Positions 29,553 through 44,134 of a DNA stretch of 50,369 nt are shown in pieces; position 1 is the stretch's first letter; every line of letters starts with the position of its first letter. The DNA is taken from positions 1-50,369 of the forward strand of contig JARIDM010000070.1 in NCBI GenBank assembly GCA_029263945.1. Direction: 5' to 3'. Source of the stretch: Sporosarcina sp. (GTDB lineage Bacteria; Bacillota; Bacilli; Bacillales_A; Planococcaceae). Under the pieces are notes generated by a model. That model ran no database searches. It was not told the origin of the DNA and saw nothing but the letters and a program-made list of their open reading frames with translations. The translations under genes were made by a program, and so were the position numbers.

Positions 29553-30191
29553 TTATTTTTCTTCTGCTTCTTTTTCACCAATTACTTCTGGCTCTGTGCT
29601 TGCGTCTTCTGTAACTTCGTCAAGCGCTTCAAGTTCTTCATTCGTACGAGGTGCACTAATTGAAACTAAACCGAAATCATCATCATTTAAGATTTCGTAT
29701 TTAATTTTCTTACGTACATCCGCAACTGTTAATGTATCTCCAATATTCAACTCTGAAATATCAATTTCTAATGAATCAGGAATATCTGAAGGTTTAACTT
29801 TGATGTCTAGTTCCCAGTTTGGTTGTTGAAGAACGCCACCGTCTTTTTCACCGATAGATTCACCAGTTAGGTGAACTTGAACACTAATTTCAAGTTCTTC
29901 ACTCATGTTGATTGCTAGGAAATCTGCATGTGTAATTTGGTTTTTTAATGGATCTTTTTGATATTCGTTTAAAACGACATTCAGCTCTCCATCTTCAAGC
30001 TGAAGTTTCATGACACCGTTACGGCCCGTCACACGAAGTGTATTAAGTAATTCACGTTCATTCACTGCAATCGATACAGCATCGGTTTGATAACCATAAA
30101 CGACCGCTGGAACAAAGCCATCATTTCTTAAGTCTGTAAGCGTAGACTGTTTTACAGTCTCTCTCAATTTTGATTGTATTGTAGTACTCAT
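29553..30191 (-). CDS. rplY: 50S ribosomal protein L25 / general stress protein Ctc
   Basis: LRNDGFVPAVVYG, HADF, acidic EPEVIGEK tail. Confidence 0.95.
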   Translation of the reverse strand: MSTTIQSKLRETVKQSTLTDLRNDGFVPAVVYGYQTDAVSIAVNERELLNTLRVTGRNGVMKLQLEDGELNVVLNEYQKDPLKNQITHADFLAINMSEELEISVQVHLTGESIGEKDGGVLQQPNWELDIKVKPSDIPDSLEIDISELNIGDTLTVADVRKKIKYEILNDDDFGLVSISAPRTNEELEALDEVTEDASTEPEVIGEKEAEEK

Positions 30192-30281
30192 TTTACATAA
30201 TCACCTTTCAAGATATATTATTTAGATAAATTTTTGTATATTTTAGGCTACACTGTAGGTTACAGGATAATCCTCTATTTG

Positions 30282-31244
30282 TCAATCAAATAACGTACTA
30301 ACAGACTTATCTTCAAACACACGAACAATGGCATCTGCAAGTAGTTTTGCAATTGAAAGCTGCTTAATCTTCGGTGAATTCTTACCCTCTGGAAGCTCAA
30401 TTGTATTGGTAATCACTAATTCTTTAATTTGTGAATTGTCGATTCGCTCAATCGCTGGTCCTGACAATACAGGGTGCGTACAACAAGCGTAAACTTCTTT
30501 TGCACCGCTCTCGATAAGTGCCGAAGCTGCAATAGCAATTGTCCCTGCAGTATCAATGATGTCGTCGATTAGAATCGCCGTTTTGCCTTCAACTTGTCCG
30601 ACAATACTCATTACTTCAGCAACGTTAGGACGTGGGCGTCGCTTGTCGATAATGGCAATTGGTGCTTTCATGCGATCTGCCATTTTTCGCGCACGTGTCA
30701 CGCCACCATGATCAGGTGAAACGATTACTAATTCTTCAGGATTAAAACCTTTTCCTTTAAAATATTCTGTAAGAATTGGTTCCGCAACGAGGTGATCGAT
30801 TGGAATGTCAAAGAAGCCTTGGATTTGAGGCGCATGAAGGTCAAGTGCAATAACACGGTCCGCCCCTGCCGTTTCAAGTAAATTGGCTACAAGTTTTGCT
30901 GTGATTGGTTCACGCGAACGCGCCTTGCGATCTTGACGTGCATAGCCATAATACGGATTCACGATGTTAACCGTCCCAACTGATGCACGTTTCAGTGCGT
31001 CAATCATAATTAACAGCTCCATTAAGTGCTCGTTAACAGGATCTGACGTAGATTGAAGGATATAAACATCACAGCCACGGATACTTTCTTCGATATTAAT
31101 TTGAACTTCTCCATCACTAAATCTTGTAACAGAACATTCACCAAGTGGTATTCCAATTTCTTCCGCAACTTCTTTCGCTAACGCTTCATTGGAATTCAAC
31201 GAAAACAATTTTAATTTTTTATTCGGATAAGGATTAGTCATCAT
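30282..31244 (-). CDS. prs: ribose-phosphate pyrophosphokinase
   Basis: [30 protein letters not shown]. Confidence 0.98.
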   Translation of the reverse strand: MMTNPYPNKKLKLFSLNSNEALAKEVAEEIGIPLGECSVTRFSDGEVQINIEESIRGCDVYILQSTSDPVNEHLMELLIMIDALKRASVGTVNIVNPYYGYARQDRKARSREPITAKLVANLLETAGADRVIALDLHAPQIQGFFDIPIDHLVAEPILTEYFKGKGFNPEELVIVSPDHGGVTRARKMADRMKAPIAIIDKRRPRPNVAEVMSIVGQVEGKTAILIDDIIDTAGTIAIAASALIESGAKEVYACCTHPVLSGPAIERIDNSQIKELVITNTIELPEGKNSPKIKQLSIAKLLADAIVRVFEDKSVSTLFD

Positions 31245-31258
31245 GGTCCCCCTGATTT

Positions 31259-32629
31259 TTAATTGAGTTTTAGTTTTGTAACGTAACCTTCTTTGTTCTC
31301 TTGACGGGCTCGCCCGATTGCCAATGCATCTACTGGAACATCTTTAGAAACTGTTGTGCCTGCAGCAACGTAAGCACCTTTTCCAATGGTAACAGGTGCA
31401 ATGAGATTTGAATTACACCCTATAAACGCTTCATCTTCAACGGTTGTTACATACTTTTTCTTGCCATCATAGTTGACAACAATTGTACCGCAACCAAAGT
31501 TGACAGCAGAGCCAATCGTAGCATCTCCAATATAACTCAAATGAGCTGCTTTACTACCTTCGCCAAATGTTGATTTTTTAACTTCAACAAAATTACCAAT
31601 CCGAACGTGATTGCCCAAATTTGTTTCTGGACGAATGTGTGCGAACGGTCCTACTGAAGTGTGGGCACCTATTTTACTTTCGAGGACGACAGACGAGTTT
31701 ATTGTCGTTTGATCTCCAATCACACTATTCACGATTTGGCTATTCGGACCTATTGTACATCCACTACCAATAACTGTATCTCCTTCAATCATTGTTCCTG
31801 GTTGTAAAATTGTATCGCGGCCAATTTTAGCATTTGCACTAATATAAGTGTTTTCAGGATTAATAACTGTAACACCATTTCGCATATGTTGTTCAGCTAA
31901 ACGGGCCCGCATCACTTGTTCTGCTTCTGCCAAGACGACACGATCATTAATGCCTAACGTTTCACTAAAGTCTTCTGTTGCATAGGCAGACACTACTGCA
32001 CCCTCGCCCTGTAATATACCTATTACATCAGGGAGGTAGTATTCTCCTTGTGCATTATCATTTCGTACTTTTTTTAACGCTTCAAACAATGCTTGGTTGT
32101 CGAAGCAATACGTACCTGTATTTATTTCATTCACTTTTTGCTCTTCAGGCGTTGCATCTTTTTGCTCAACATTACGAAGTACTTGTCCATTTTCAGCACG
32201 TATAATACGACCATATCCTAACGGATTATCTGCAATCGCAGTTAATATCGTTGCTTTCGCTGCTGATGCCTTGTGATGTTCAACCAAATCACGCATCGTT
32301 TCAGAACGGATTAACGGTGTATCTCCACAGACAACAATCGTTGTTCCTTCTAAACGACCGAGTAAAGCTTCTGCCTGTTGTACTGCATGTGCTGTTCCCA
32401 ATTGTTCCTGTTGGAGAACATATTCACTTTTTTCACCGAGTGTTTCTTCAACTTTTTCGGCACCATGGCCAACAATTGACACAATCCGGTTGGCACCTAG
32501 TCGATTAATATTGTCTATTACATGTTCGACCATTGCCTTGCCACAAACCGGATGTAGTACTTTATATAAATCTGACTTCATTCTTGTACCTTGTCCTGCA
32601 GCTAAGACAACGGCATATGTATTCGTCAT
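31259..32629 (-). CDS. glmU: bifunctional UDP-GlcNAc pyrophosphorylase / GlcN-1-P acetyltransferase
   Basis: [20 protein letters not shown], hexapeptide repeats. Confidence 0.98.
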   Translation of the reverse strand: MTNTYAVVLAAGQGTRMKSDLYKVLHPVCGKAMVEHVIDNINRLGANRIVSIVGHGAEKVEETLGEKSEYVLQQEQLGTAHAVQQAEALLGRLEGTTIVVCGDTPLIRSETMRDLVEHHKASAAKATILTAIADNPLGYGRIIRAENGQVLRNVEQKDATPEEQKVNEINTGTYCFDNQALFEALKKVRNDNAQGEYYLPDVIGILQGEGAVVSAYATEDFSETLGINDRVVLAEAEQVMRARLAEQHMRNGVTVINPENTYISANAKIGRDTILQPGTMIEGDTVIGSGCTIGPNSQIVNSVIGDQTTINSSVVLESKIGAHTSVGPFAHIRPETNLGNHVRIGNFVEVKKSTFGEGSKAAHLSYIGDATIGSAVNFGCGTIVVNYDGKKKYVTTVEDEAFIGCNSNLIAPVTIGKGAYVAAGTTVSKDVPVDALAIGRARQENKEGYVTKLKLN

Positions 32630-32896
32630 TTGTTAGCCTCCAATAATGAGGGACAAAGATTAATCCCTTGCTAATCTTTTCACTATTGACTATAGCCGAA
32701 AACGTGCTTTTTTTCAACTCTCTACCTCTTGACATTTAGATAATGTTCTTTGAATATAATCTTTTCTAATTTCCCATAATTTATTTCATATAAATTCACA
32801 CATATGTATCACGATCATGCAAAAAAACCGCCTGCATTAGCAGACAGTTAAGTATTTCTTATAAAATATAAATGACAATTGTTATGGGAAGAATAA

Positions 32897-33178
32897 TTAC
32901 ACATTGGCTTCTTCTAAAGCTTCCTCTGTTACTGGATAATAAGCAGTTAAAACAGCTTCTTGTATTTTTAATCTCATCTCTGAATTAATTGGATGGGCAA
33001 CATCTCTAAATTCACCATCTGGCGTTCGTTTACTTGGCATCGCAACAAATAATCCTTCGTTGCCATCAATGACACGTATGTCGTGAACTACAAATGCATC
33101 ATTGAACGTAATGGATGCAATCGCTTTCATTCTTCCGTCCGTGTCTACTTTTCTTAACCTAACATCTGTTACTTCCAT
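32897..33178 (-). CDS. spoVG: septation regulator SpoVG
   Basis: [26 protein letters not shown]; AGGAG RBS before 33178. Confidence 0.97.
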   Translation of the reverse strand: MEVTDVRLRKVDTDGRMKAIASITFNDAFVVHDIRVIDGNEGLFVAMPSKRTPDGEFRDVAHPINSEMRLKIQEAVLTAYYPVTEEALEEANV

Positions 33179-33220
33179 TCCACGTACCACTCCTTTAAGT
33201 TGCATTCCCTTTTATATTCT

Positions 33221-33247
33221 ATTCAACAAAAGTAATTGTTTTCCTTC
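33221..33247 (-). promoter_or_regulatory. sigma-H promoter of spoVG
   Basis: GAAGGAAAA-11 nt-GTTGAAT with AT-rich upstream DNA; spoVG is a classic sigma-H gene. Confidence 0.7.
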
Positions 33248-33362
33248 TTTTATTAACGAAATTTTTTAAATTTATGAATTAGTACCTTTGTAATATAAAA
33301 ATGGAAGAAAACACTTGGTTTTCTCCCGTTTTTATAATGTATATTGTGACTGAAGACGACTT

Positions 33363-33740
33363 TTAGTCACGTGCTACGGCAATAACTTCGATTTCAATAT
33401 CAACGTCCTTAGGCAACCTCGCGACTTCAACACAAGAACGTGCTGGTGTATGCGCACCAAAATGGCGTGCGTAGACAGCGTTGATCGCTGCAAAGTCATC
33501 CATGTTTTTAATAAAGACCGTCGCCTTTACCACTTGATCTAATGATGAATTTGCTGCAGCTAAAACTGCATTTAAATTCGCAAATACCTGATCAGTTTGT
33601 GCTTCAATCGATCCGTCGATAAGTTCGCCTGTTGGCGTGACTGGAATCTGACCTGAAGTATAAATAAAATCATTCACATTCACTGCCTGTGCATATGGAC
33701 CAAATGCCTCTGGTGCTTTATCTGTAGATACATAATTCAT
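33363..33740 (-). CDS. ridA: RidA/YabJ enamine-imine deaminase
   Basis: GPYAQA, SGQIP, PARSCVEVARLP; likely start 33740. Confidence 0.94.
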   Translation of the reverse strand: MNYVSTDKAPEAFGPYAQAVNVNDFIYTSGQIPVTPTGELIDGSIEAQTDQVFANLNAVLAAANSSLDQVVKATVFIKNMDDFAAINAVYARHFGAHTPARSCVEVARLPKDVDIEIEVIAVARD

Positions 33741-33741
33741 A

Positions 33742-34569
33742 TTAATTTCCACCTTTCGAGAAATAATTTCCTTCTGTCAATTCAATTGTACGTGCTTTTT
33801 CATTCACACTACAAAGTTTTGCGAGTGATAAATATTGCTCTACGAGAACCTCTTCGTGATGTTCGGCTTCTATCAGAACTGCAATCCCAGCTAATTCACA
33901 ATCAAACTCTTCCAGTAAGTTCTTCATCCCCATCATCGTGCCGCCAGCTTTCATAAAATCATCCGTAAGCAAGACTTTTTGACCACTTTGCATACTTCTC
34001 TTAGATAAAACCATTGTCTGAATGCGACGCGTTGAACCTGATACATAGTTAATACTAACCGTTGAACCTTCTGTCACCTTATTATCTCCGCGCACGACGA
34101 CTACCGGAATATTCAAGTGGCGTGCAATTGCATGCGCAATCGGAATCCCTTTTGTTGCAACGGTCATTATAACGTCAATATCCGTTTCTGCATACGCTGA
34201 TGCAAAAACTTTTCCAATGCGGTCCATCAAACGTGGATTTCCAAGTAAATCACCCATAAATAAGTAACCACCTGGCAGCAACCGATCTTGTTCATCTAGT
34301 TTATTCATTAAATACGTTACGATGTCTCTAACATCTTCTTCTGCCATTTTAGGAATAAACTTCACACCACCCGCTGCTCCAGCAACGGTCAACAACTTTC
34401 CTGCACCTTTACTTTCAAAGGTTTCTTTCACTATAGTTAAATCTTCACTAATCGAAGACTTTGCAGATTGATAACGTTCCGAAAAAAACGTTAATGGAAT
34501 AAGCTGATGTGGATAGTCTAACAAATGACGCGTCATATCTACCAACCGCTCGCTTCTTTTCCATTTCAT
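33742..34569 (-). CDS. purR: purine operon repressor
   Basis: MKWKRSERL, AKSSISEDL, GAAGGVKF, DDFMKAGGT. Confidence 0.97.
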   Translation of the reverse strand: MKWKRSERLVDMTRHLLDYPHQLIPLTFFSERYQSAKSSISEDLTIVKETFESKGAGKLLTVAGAAGGVKFIPKMAEEDVRDIVTYLMNKLDEQDRLLPGGYLFMGDLLGNPRLMDRIGKVFASAYAETDIDVIMTVATKGIPIAHAIARHLNIPVVVVRGDNKVTEGSTVSINYVSGSTRRIQTMVLSKRSMQSGQKVLLTDDFMKAGGTMMGMKNLLEEFDCELAGIAVLIEAEHHEEVLVEQYLSLAKLCSVNEKARTIELTEGNYFSKGGN

Positions 34570-34582
34570 GAAACCAACTCCC

Positions 34583-34595
34583 AAACACGAATATT
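34583..34595 (+). promoter_or_regulatory. PurBox (PurR autoregulation)
   Basis: AAACACGAATATT resembles AWWWCCGAACWWT, immediately upstream of purR. Confidence 0.55.
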
Positions 34596-34624
34596 TAATC
34601 GTAGACTACCATAATCGTACGTCT

Positions 34625-35491
34625 TTAATCAAGTTTATGGCGTTCGCCAATCATCCGAATCGCATAAACTTCCTTACAAAACCCTTTTAATCCATTATAA
34701 ATCCGCGGTACTCTGGCTTCATTCGACACGAGACCAAATACAGTCGGTCCACTTCCGCTCATAAGTACTGCATCGGCGCCGAACTTTTTCATTTGTTCCT
34801 TTAACATGACGACTTCAGGATAAAGTGACATTGTAACAGGCTCTAGTACGTTATTAAGTTTTGTACACATCCGCTCGTAGTCTTTGCCCTCAAGTGCTGC
34901 GACCATACCAGCCGTATCAGGATGAACGACATTTTCTAAGTTTAAGTTATTGTAGATACTCGCCGTTGAAACTGAAATCACTGGTTTCGCTAAGACAACC
35001 CAACAATTTGGCGGAGGTGCTATATTTTGAATGATTTCTCCGCGTCCTGTTGCTAAAGCCGTTCCACCGTATACACAAAAGGGAATATCTGACCCAATTT
35101 CTGCACCGAGATCTGCAAGTTGCTCTGCACTTAGCCCCAAATTCCAAAGACGGTTGAGTCCCCTTAATGTTGCAGCTGCATCTGAACTCCCACCAGCAAG
35201 CCCCGCTGCTACAGGAATGCTTTTTTCAAGTGTAATTTCAACACCTTTCGAGACATTCGCATGTTTCTTTAAAATTTCAGCTGCTTGATAGGCTAAGTTT
35301 TTTCGGTCGTTCGGTACGAATGGCTCTGATGATTTAATCGTTATGTTACCGTCATCAGTAGAGCGAAGCCATACCCGGTCTGCCAGATCAACAGTTGTCA
35401 TCACCATTTCTACTTCATGGTAACCATCGAGCCTTTTATGTAGGACATCAAGCGTCAAGTTAATCTTTGCTGGCGCTTTTTCATATAACAT
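34625..35491 (-). CDS. ispE: 4-diphosphocytidyl-2-C-methyl-D-erythritol kinase
   Basis: [33 protein letters not shown]. Confidence 0.97.
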   Translation of the reverse strand: MLYEKAPAKINLTLDVLHKRLDGYHEVEMVMTTVDLADRVWLRSTDDGNITIKSSEPFVPNDRKNLAYQAAEILKKHANVSKGVEITLEKSIPVAAGLAGGSSDAAATLRGLNRLWNLGLSAEQLADLGAEIGSDIPFCVYGGTALATGRGEIIQNIAPPPNCWVVLAKPVISVSTASIYNNLNLENVVHPDTAGMVAALEGKDYERMCTKLNNVLEPVTMSLYPEVVMLKEQMKKFGADAVLMSGSGPTVFGLVSNEARVPRIYNGLKGFCKEVYAIRMIGERHKLD

Positions 35492-35610
35492 CCAGCTCCC
35501 CCCAATACCACTTTTCTTTGTTCCCTATTTTACCATACGACAGGGATATTGCACATGTAGATTATAAAATTTCCATTTGATTCGATTGACTGAATCATTC
35601 ATCGTCAACT

Positions 35611-35669
35611 AAAATAGGGCCTGCTCATCCGTTATGTCGAGCATAACTTCTGAGCAATCCCTATTTTTT
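35611..35669. terminator. long bulged hairpin after sspF
   Basis: AAAATAGGG..TGCTCA..GTTATG-tcgag-CATAAC..TGAGCA..CCCTATTTT. Confidence 0.65.
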
Positions 35670-35695
35670 ATCAGCTTTTTTGGAATTTAGGTCGA

Positions 35696-35881
35696 TCAGG
35701 GATTCTTCTTATCTTCTCCGATTCCCTGTTCTGCCATTTGAATCGCACGTTTTACCATATTACCCGCGTCCCGTGCTTTAATGCCACCCCAACCTTCTCG
35801 CTGAACAACATCGTAAAAGCCAAGCTCTTTTGCAATTTCCTCTTTCAATTGCTCAGACATAATACTCCGTTTTCTCGCCAT
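35696..35881 (-). CDS. sspF: small acid-soluble spore protein SspF
   Basis: [34 protein letters not shown]; AAGGAGG RBS; CATACTA sigma-G-like -10 upstream. Confidence 0.93.
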   Translation of the reverse strand: MARKRSIMSEQLKEEIAKELGFYDVVQREGWGGIKARDAGNMVKRAIQMAEQGIGEDKKNP

Positions 35882-35935
35882 TCGGTTTTCCTCCTTTTCA
35901 GCTGACGGCAATAGTATGGCTGAAATCAAAGAAAA

Positions 35936-35964
35936 AACACCTACCAATGTATTGGTAGGTGTTA
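35936..35964 (-). terminator. terminator after veg
   Basis: AACACCTACCAAT-gt-ATTGGTAGGTGTT inverted repeat with T-run on the minus strand. Confidence 0.7.
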
Positions 35965-36003
35965 ATAGATGTTAATAACTAAAATAAGAACAATAATAAT
36001 CGA

Positions 36004-36270
36004 CTACTTAACTACAAACTCTGTCTGACCTGCGCTGTCAAGGACAGTTATTTCAACCGCATCGGTTAAAATATCCGCATAGCTGTAAGATACTCGCTCA
36101 AAAGAGCTTTCTTCTTGATCGAGTTCAACGACGAATACTGCACGATATGTTTCACTTAAAACTCCAGTTCTTTCAATCGTTCTTCTTCGGCCACCGTTTA
36201 CTTTTAAATGCAAACGTTTCCCTAAATGAGAATCCAATAACTTCTTAATGTCCGCTAATGTCTTTGGCAC
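36004..36270 (-). CDS. veg: Veg protein
   Basis: [27 protein letters not shown]. Confidence 0.96.
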   Translation of the reverse strand: MPKTLADIKKLLDSHLGKRLHLKVNGGRRRTIERTGVLSETYRAVFVVELDQEESSFERVSYSYADILTDAVEITVLDSAGQTEFVVK

Positions 36271-36294
36271 TTCGCTAACACCTCACTAGACATA

Positions 36295-36323
36295 ACTATA
36301 ACACAAAAAAAGATTTCTGTCAA
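36295..36323 (-). promoter_or_regulatory. sigma-A promoter of veg
   Basis: TTGACA-17 nt-TATAGT with extended TG. Confidence 0.75.
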
Positions 36324-36421
36324 TTAAATATTTCAGTTTAACAAAGATCTATTGGTCTTGTCAATCCTTTTTCTCTAGAAAATACACTTAAAGTCAAAAC
36401 GTAAGAATTCCGCCATTTTTA

Positions 36422-37859
<1,438 letters not shown>

Positions 37860-38008
37860 AAAAGGTCCTCTTTCCCTTACATTCTTTCCATAATTCTACG
37901 CTCCACACTGTCATATGTAAAATAAAGAAACGCTAGCCATCATCGGAGCAAACGTTGTTGTCCAATTAAAATAATCCGCAGGACATTTGACAGCCCTACG
38001 GATTTATA

Positions 38009-39247
38009 TCAATTCATTACTTTAATTTTTACTTGACGTCTACCAAAACTATAAGCTGCTTGTTTTGTCGGCATATGAATATCTATTCGATTCCCTTTAA
38101 TTGCACCACCAGTATCGCCTGCAATTGCATAGCCGTAACCTTCAACCCAAACTTTTGAACCAAGTCGAATCACACTAGGATCGACTGCAATTACTTTTAA
38201 ATTCGGATTGGTATTTAAATTGATGCCCGTTGCGGTAATGCCCGAACATCCACTACAACCCGCTGTGTATGCAGTAGCCGATACGTAAAACTCTTTACCT
38301 CCAGCCGGAGCACCCGAATCATTCCTTGAAACGGTTGTTTTCCCAGGTGTTGAAGACGTAGATGCATCCGCAACCATCACTTTCGTACCGACAGAGACAA
38401 TTTTCTTTGTAGGTTCTTTAATCGTCGTTTCTTTCACCAGCGAACGAGAAACTTCTTTTCCGTTCTCTTTGACGATTTCATACTCGCGTGAAACCGTACC
38501 TTTTTTACCTTCTTGGACCACTTGTTCGCGTCCTTTTAATAACGATTTATCATTGCGTGTTTCAACCGCAAATTTTTCTTCTTCTTCAACGACATCCATC
38601 GTTTTCTCAACGCGCACGATGTGTACAGTTGACGCTGGTTCGATTAAATCAGTTAGATCTCCTTCTAGTCGATCATACTCAGCCATTTCGATGCCTTCTT
38701 TTTTTAGAAACTCATCGATTGTTGTTCGCGTCGACCAAAAGCTTACTTCTTCACCACCGTCAACAAGCTTAAATTCAAATGCTTTGTTGACAGTAATCGT
38801 ATCTTGTTCGTCTATTTTTGAACGTAGACTTGGACTTACTTCGTCATGTTCAGTAAGTTCAATGCCGGCTTCTTCCAGCACTTCGCCTACAGTTCTTTTC
38901 GTTGTCCAAAGAGATTGCTCCTCTTCGCCTACGGTTAATGCTACTTGTTTAGATTGTTCCCACCTAATGGCTAAGCCATTTTCAACAGGTGTATTCATTG
39001 AGGGTGTTACTATATCATGCTCTGAAACTTCAATTTCCTCGTCGGAAAGAAGTTTTGCCACTGTGCTTGCGTATGTTTTAATTTCTTGTTGCTCACCGTT
39101 CACAGCTAGTGTGACCGATTTTTTATTTCCTTCGTATAAGGCTAATGATACAACCGAAACGAATATCGTCGTAACGATAATGGAAATTGCAATTTGTTTG
39201 CTCCTCAATGAAGTATAGAACAGACTTTTCATGGGACTTCTTTTCAT
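38009..39247 (-). CDS. yabE: DUF348-G5-3D domain cell-wall protein
   Basis: N-terminal TM, repeated DUF348-like units, G5, ATAYT...IAVDP...AGDTGGAIKGNRIDI; start 39247 after GGAGGAG. Confidence 0.92.
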   Translation of the reverse strand: MKRSPMKSLFYTSLRSKQIAISIIVTTIFVSVVSLALYEGNKKSVTLAVNGEQQEIKTYASTVAKLLSDEEIEVSEHDIVTPSMNTPVENGLAIRWEQSKQVALTVGEEEQSLWTTKRTVGEVLEEAGIELTEHDEVSPSLRSKIDEQDTITVNKAFEFKLVDGGEEVSFWSTRTTIDEFLKKEGIEMAEYDRLEGDLTDLIEPASTVHIVRVEKTMDVVEEEEKFAVETRNDKSLLKGREQVVQEGKKGTVSREYEIVKENGKEVSRSLVKETTIKEPTKKIVSVGTKVMVADASTSSTPGKTTVSRNDSGAPAGGKEFYVSATAYTAGCSGCSGITATGINLNTNPNLKVIAVDPSVIRLGSKVWVEGYGYAIAGDTGGAIKGNRIDIHMPTKQAAYSFGRRQVKIKVMN

Positions 39248-39277
39248 GAAAAAAACTCCTCCTTCATCACTCGTGTG

Positions 39278-39331
39278 ATTATATAATGTGATTTTGTACG
39301 TGTCAACACATACGTTTACATTTTCTTTACG
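39278..39331 (-). promoter_or_regulatory. sigma-A promoter of yabE with upstream WalR-like box
   Basis: TTGACA-17 nt-TATAAT (39306-39278); CGTAAA-N5-TGTAAA at 39331-39315. Confidence 0.65.
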
Positions 39332-39378
39332 TGAAAAAACACGACTATATTCCAAAGTATGGTAAACATTACTTCTTT

Positions 39379-40149
39379 TTATTCATTTATTTTAAATAAA
39401 GATTTTGCATTAGCTGTTGTCGCTGCTGCAACCTCTTCAACTGTAATTCCTTTAATACTTGCAATTTCTTCCGCCACTAACGTGACGTACACTGGTTCGT
39501 TTCGTTTCCCACGGTAAGGATGGGGCGTTAAATAAGGTGCATCTGTTTCGATTAACAATTTATTTAATGGAATTTCGGCCGCCACTTCTTTTGGGGCCTT
39601 TGCATTTTTAAAAGTAACAGGACCACCCAGTGAAATCATAAAATTCATCTCGATACACGCTTTTGCGGTTTCAACGCTTCCACCGAAACAGTGCATAATC
39701 CCGCCAGTTTCTGAGGCATTCTCTTCCTTCAAAATGCGAACGACATCTGCTGTGGCATCCCGATTATGAATGATAATTGGTAATTTCACTTTTTTAGCGA
39801 GTTGGATTTGCTTACGAAATACACTTTGCTGAATGTCTTTTGGTGACTTGTCCCAATGGTAATCCAGTCCAGTTTCTCCAATTCCAACAACTTTCGGATG
39901 TGCTGCCAATGATTCAATCCAGGCTAAGTCTTCGTCGGTACAATCGATCGCATCTACTGGATGCCAACCAACCACCGCATAGATAAATGGGTGTTCTTCC
40001 GCTAATGCCATCGCTTTAATGATGGTTTTACGGTCGAATCCAACGACCACCATCTTTGTTACACCTGCTGCTAGCGCACGTGCGATGACCTCGTCAACAT
40101 CTTCTTCGTATTGGTCTGCGTTTAAATGAACATGTGTATCAATAAACAT
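39379..40149 (-). CDS. tatD: TatD-family nuclease (YabD)
   Basis: IDTHVHL, GWHP, IGETGLDY, HNRDA, ETDAPYL. Confidence 0.95.
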   Translation of the reverse strand: MFIDTHVHLNADQYEEDVDEVIARALAAGVTKMVVVGFDRKTIIKAMALAEEHPFIYAVVGWHPVDAIDCTDEDLAWIESLAAHPKVVGIGETGLDYHWDKSPKDIQQSVFRKQIQLAKKVKLPIIIHNRDATADVVRILKEENASETGGIMHCFGGSVETAKACIEMNFMISLGGPVTFKNAKAPKEVAAEIPLNKLLIETDAPYLTPHPYRGKRNEPVYVTLVAEEIASIKGITVEEVAAATTANAKSLFKINE

Positions 40150-40300
40150 AGTTACTCTCTCCTTACGCCTGTACTATTGTAGTTCAGTAAAACATTTCTT
40201 TTGTGACATTTATATTACAATACCATTACAATGCGTGCATAAACTTTAAGGATCTTGTTTTTAAAGACGGTTTAGCTTGAAACCACTCCTAATTTTAAGC

Positions 40301-40338
40301 AAAAAAAAGCAACGTTTATTGATAAAAACGTTGCTTTT
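40301..40338. terminator. terminator after metG
   Basis: AAAAGCAACGTTT-attgataa-AAACGTTGCTTTT. Confidence 0.75.
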
Positions 40339-40394
40339 ACTATTTTTTTGATATTTGTTATAAATGTCGGCTACTTCCGTACTTTATTTCATTT

Positions 40395-42422
<2,028 letters not shown>

Positions 42423-42530
42423 TCACTGTACTTCTGTTGCTTTTACAGTAAACACTTTTCAGAATCCGTTTATTGTTATTCAACGAATACTATTAATTCT
42501 ACAAAATAACTAGATTTCAAGGTTGTTTGA

Positions 42531-42559
42531 TTGACGTTAATTGGAAACCTTGTTATGAT
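42531..42559 (+). promoter_or_regulatory. sigma-A promoter of abrB
   Basis: TTGACG-17 nt-TATGAT with extended TG. Confidence 0.7.
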
Positions 42560-42630
42560 AAGTTACTAACAAACGTCAGAATTATAAGTTTTGATGATGT
42601 ACTATAAATGTAACGAAAGGAGCTCTTCCA

Positions 42631-42909
42631 ATGAAATCAACTGGAATCGTAAGAAAGGTCGACGAGCTTGGGCGTGTAGTTATTCCAATCGAATTACGTC
42701 GTACACTTGGAATCGAACAAAAAGATGCTTTAGAAATTTATGTAGATGAAGATAAAATCATTCTAAAAAAGTATATGCCTAATATGACATGCTCAATTAC
42801 AGGTACCGTTTCAGATGATAACTTAAGTCTGCTTGATGGAAAGTTAATATTAAGTCCAGAGGGCGCAGAACAACTCGTTCAACAAATTCAAAACAACTTA
42901 AAGAACTAA
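42631..42909 (+). CDS. abrB: transition-state regulator AbrB
   Basis: MKSTGIVRKVDELGRVVIPIELRRTL; divergent from metG. Confidence 0.97.
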   Translation: MKSTGIVRKVDELGRVVIPIELRRTLGIEQKDALEIYVDEDKIILKKYMPNMTCSITGTVSDDNLSLLDGKLILSPEGAEQLVQQIQNNLKN

Positions 42910-42990
42910 ATGTATAGTCCGAAGCGGATTTTCGTTTCGGTCTTTTTATTGTCTAAAATAAAGGACGAATAGATGGACTCCTTTTATTTC

Positions 42991-43869
42991 TTACGCATCA
43001 ACATGATAGGCTTGGTATACTTCACGCTTACTTAGCTCACGGGTAACCGAAACTTCCCGAATCGCTTCCTTTGATCTAATTCCCTTTTGTTCCATCAAGC
43101 CACTTACATGATCATATATAGAAAGATCTTCCCACCAACTAGGCTCATCTGCTTCTGCGACTGTTCCATCATTTCCTTCCAGCACGATACAAAATTCACC
43201 GCGTATCTGTGTTGATTGTACCCACTTCATCGCTTCTTCAAGCGTTCCACGTAAGAATTCTTCAAACCTTTTTGTAACTTCTCTCGCCAACACAATGTTT
43301 CGTGTTCCTTCAACCTGATCATGTAGCGCACCTAGTGTTTCTTTTAATCGGTGAGGCGCTTCATATAAAATAACCGTCTCTTGGCGTCTTTTTAAATTTT
43401 CAATTTGCACGCGTCGCTCTTTTTTGTTTCTCGATAAAAACCCATAAAACAAAAATGGTTGTGGGGGTAAGCCTGAAGCCACAAGTGCTGTAATTGCAGC
43501 ATTTGCGCCAGGTATTGGGACTACATCGTAGCCGGCAGAGAGGGCTTTGGTAGCGATGTCGGCACCGGGATCTGATATACAAGGCATCCCTGCATCACTA
43601 ACGAGCGCGACTGACTTCCCTTCAGCAAGCATCCCTAAAATCTTTTCTCCCCCCACCTCTAAATTATGCTCATGATAACTTGTGAGTGGTGTTTGAATTT
43701 CAAAGTGATTGCATAACTTAATTGTATTTCGGGTGTCTTCCGCAGCGATCATATCGACTTCCTGTAAAATACGAATTGCACGAAATGTCATATCTTCTAG
43801 GTTCCCAATTGGCGTTCCAACGAGAAACAACTTTCCGCTTCCTGCGTCAGCACTTTTCTGTGATTTCAT
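42991..43869 (-). CDS. rsmI: 16S rRNA C1402 2'-O-methyltransferase (YabC)
   Basis: [28 protein letters not shown]; likely start MKSQKS at 43869. Confidence 0.96.
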   Translation of the reverse strand: MKSQKSADAGSGKLFLVGTPIGNLEDMTFRAIRILQEVDMIAAEDTRNTIKLCNHFEIQTPLTSYHEHNLEVGGEKILGMLAEGKSVALVSDAGMPCISDPGADIATKALSAGYDVVPIPGANAAITALVASGLPPQPFLFYGFLSRNKKERRVQIENLKRRQETVILYEAPHRLKETLGALHDQVEGTRNIVLAREVTKRFEEFLRGTLEEAMKWVQSTQIRGEFCIVLEGNDGTVAEADEPSWWEDLSIYDHVSGLMEQKGIRSKEAIREVSVTRELSKREVYQAYHVDA

Positions 43870-44134
43870 GGATCCCATTACCTCCTTCAATATATTGTTC
43901 TTTTTTTGGTCTTGTAAGCTGCTTGAATTGATATTCCGCTTGCATCGCTTCACGTTTCGTTTCAAATGACTCATAATAAATACAGCGAACAGGTAACTTC
44001 GCGCGTGTATATTTTGCACCTTTTCCCTCATTATGGACACGTAAACGATTTTCTAAGTCATTTGTATAGCCCGCATAATAGGACTGATCATTACATTCAA
44101 GCACATAAAAAAGATGCTCAGGCTTTTTCGCCAT
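43847..44134 (-). CDS. yazA: GIY-YIG nuclease family protein
   Basis: [26 protein letters not shown]. Confidence 0.93.
   Translation of the reverse strand: MAKKPEHLFYVLECNDQSYYAGYTNDLENRLRVHNEGKGAKYTRAKLPVRCIYYESFETKREAMQAEYQFKQLTRPKKEQYIEGGNGIHEITEKC

Noticed and set aside
36147-36163. TGTTTCACTTAAAACT in veg as a second parS, plus half-sites in metG, yabE and yacD
   Set aside because: Three or more mismatches, explainable by common codons such as SET/VSR
38469-39218. 249-aa antisense ORF inside yabE
   Set aside because: Ser/Thr-rich mirror of a Glu/Val-rich sense frame; no convincing antisense ECF promoter found
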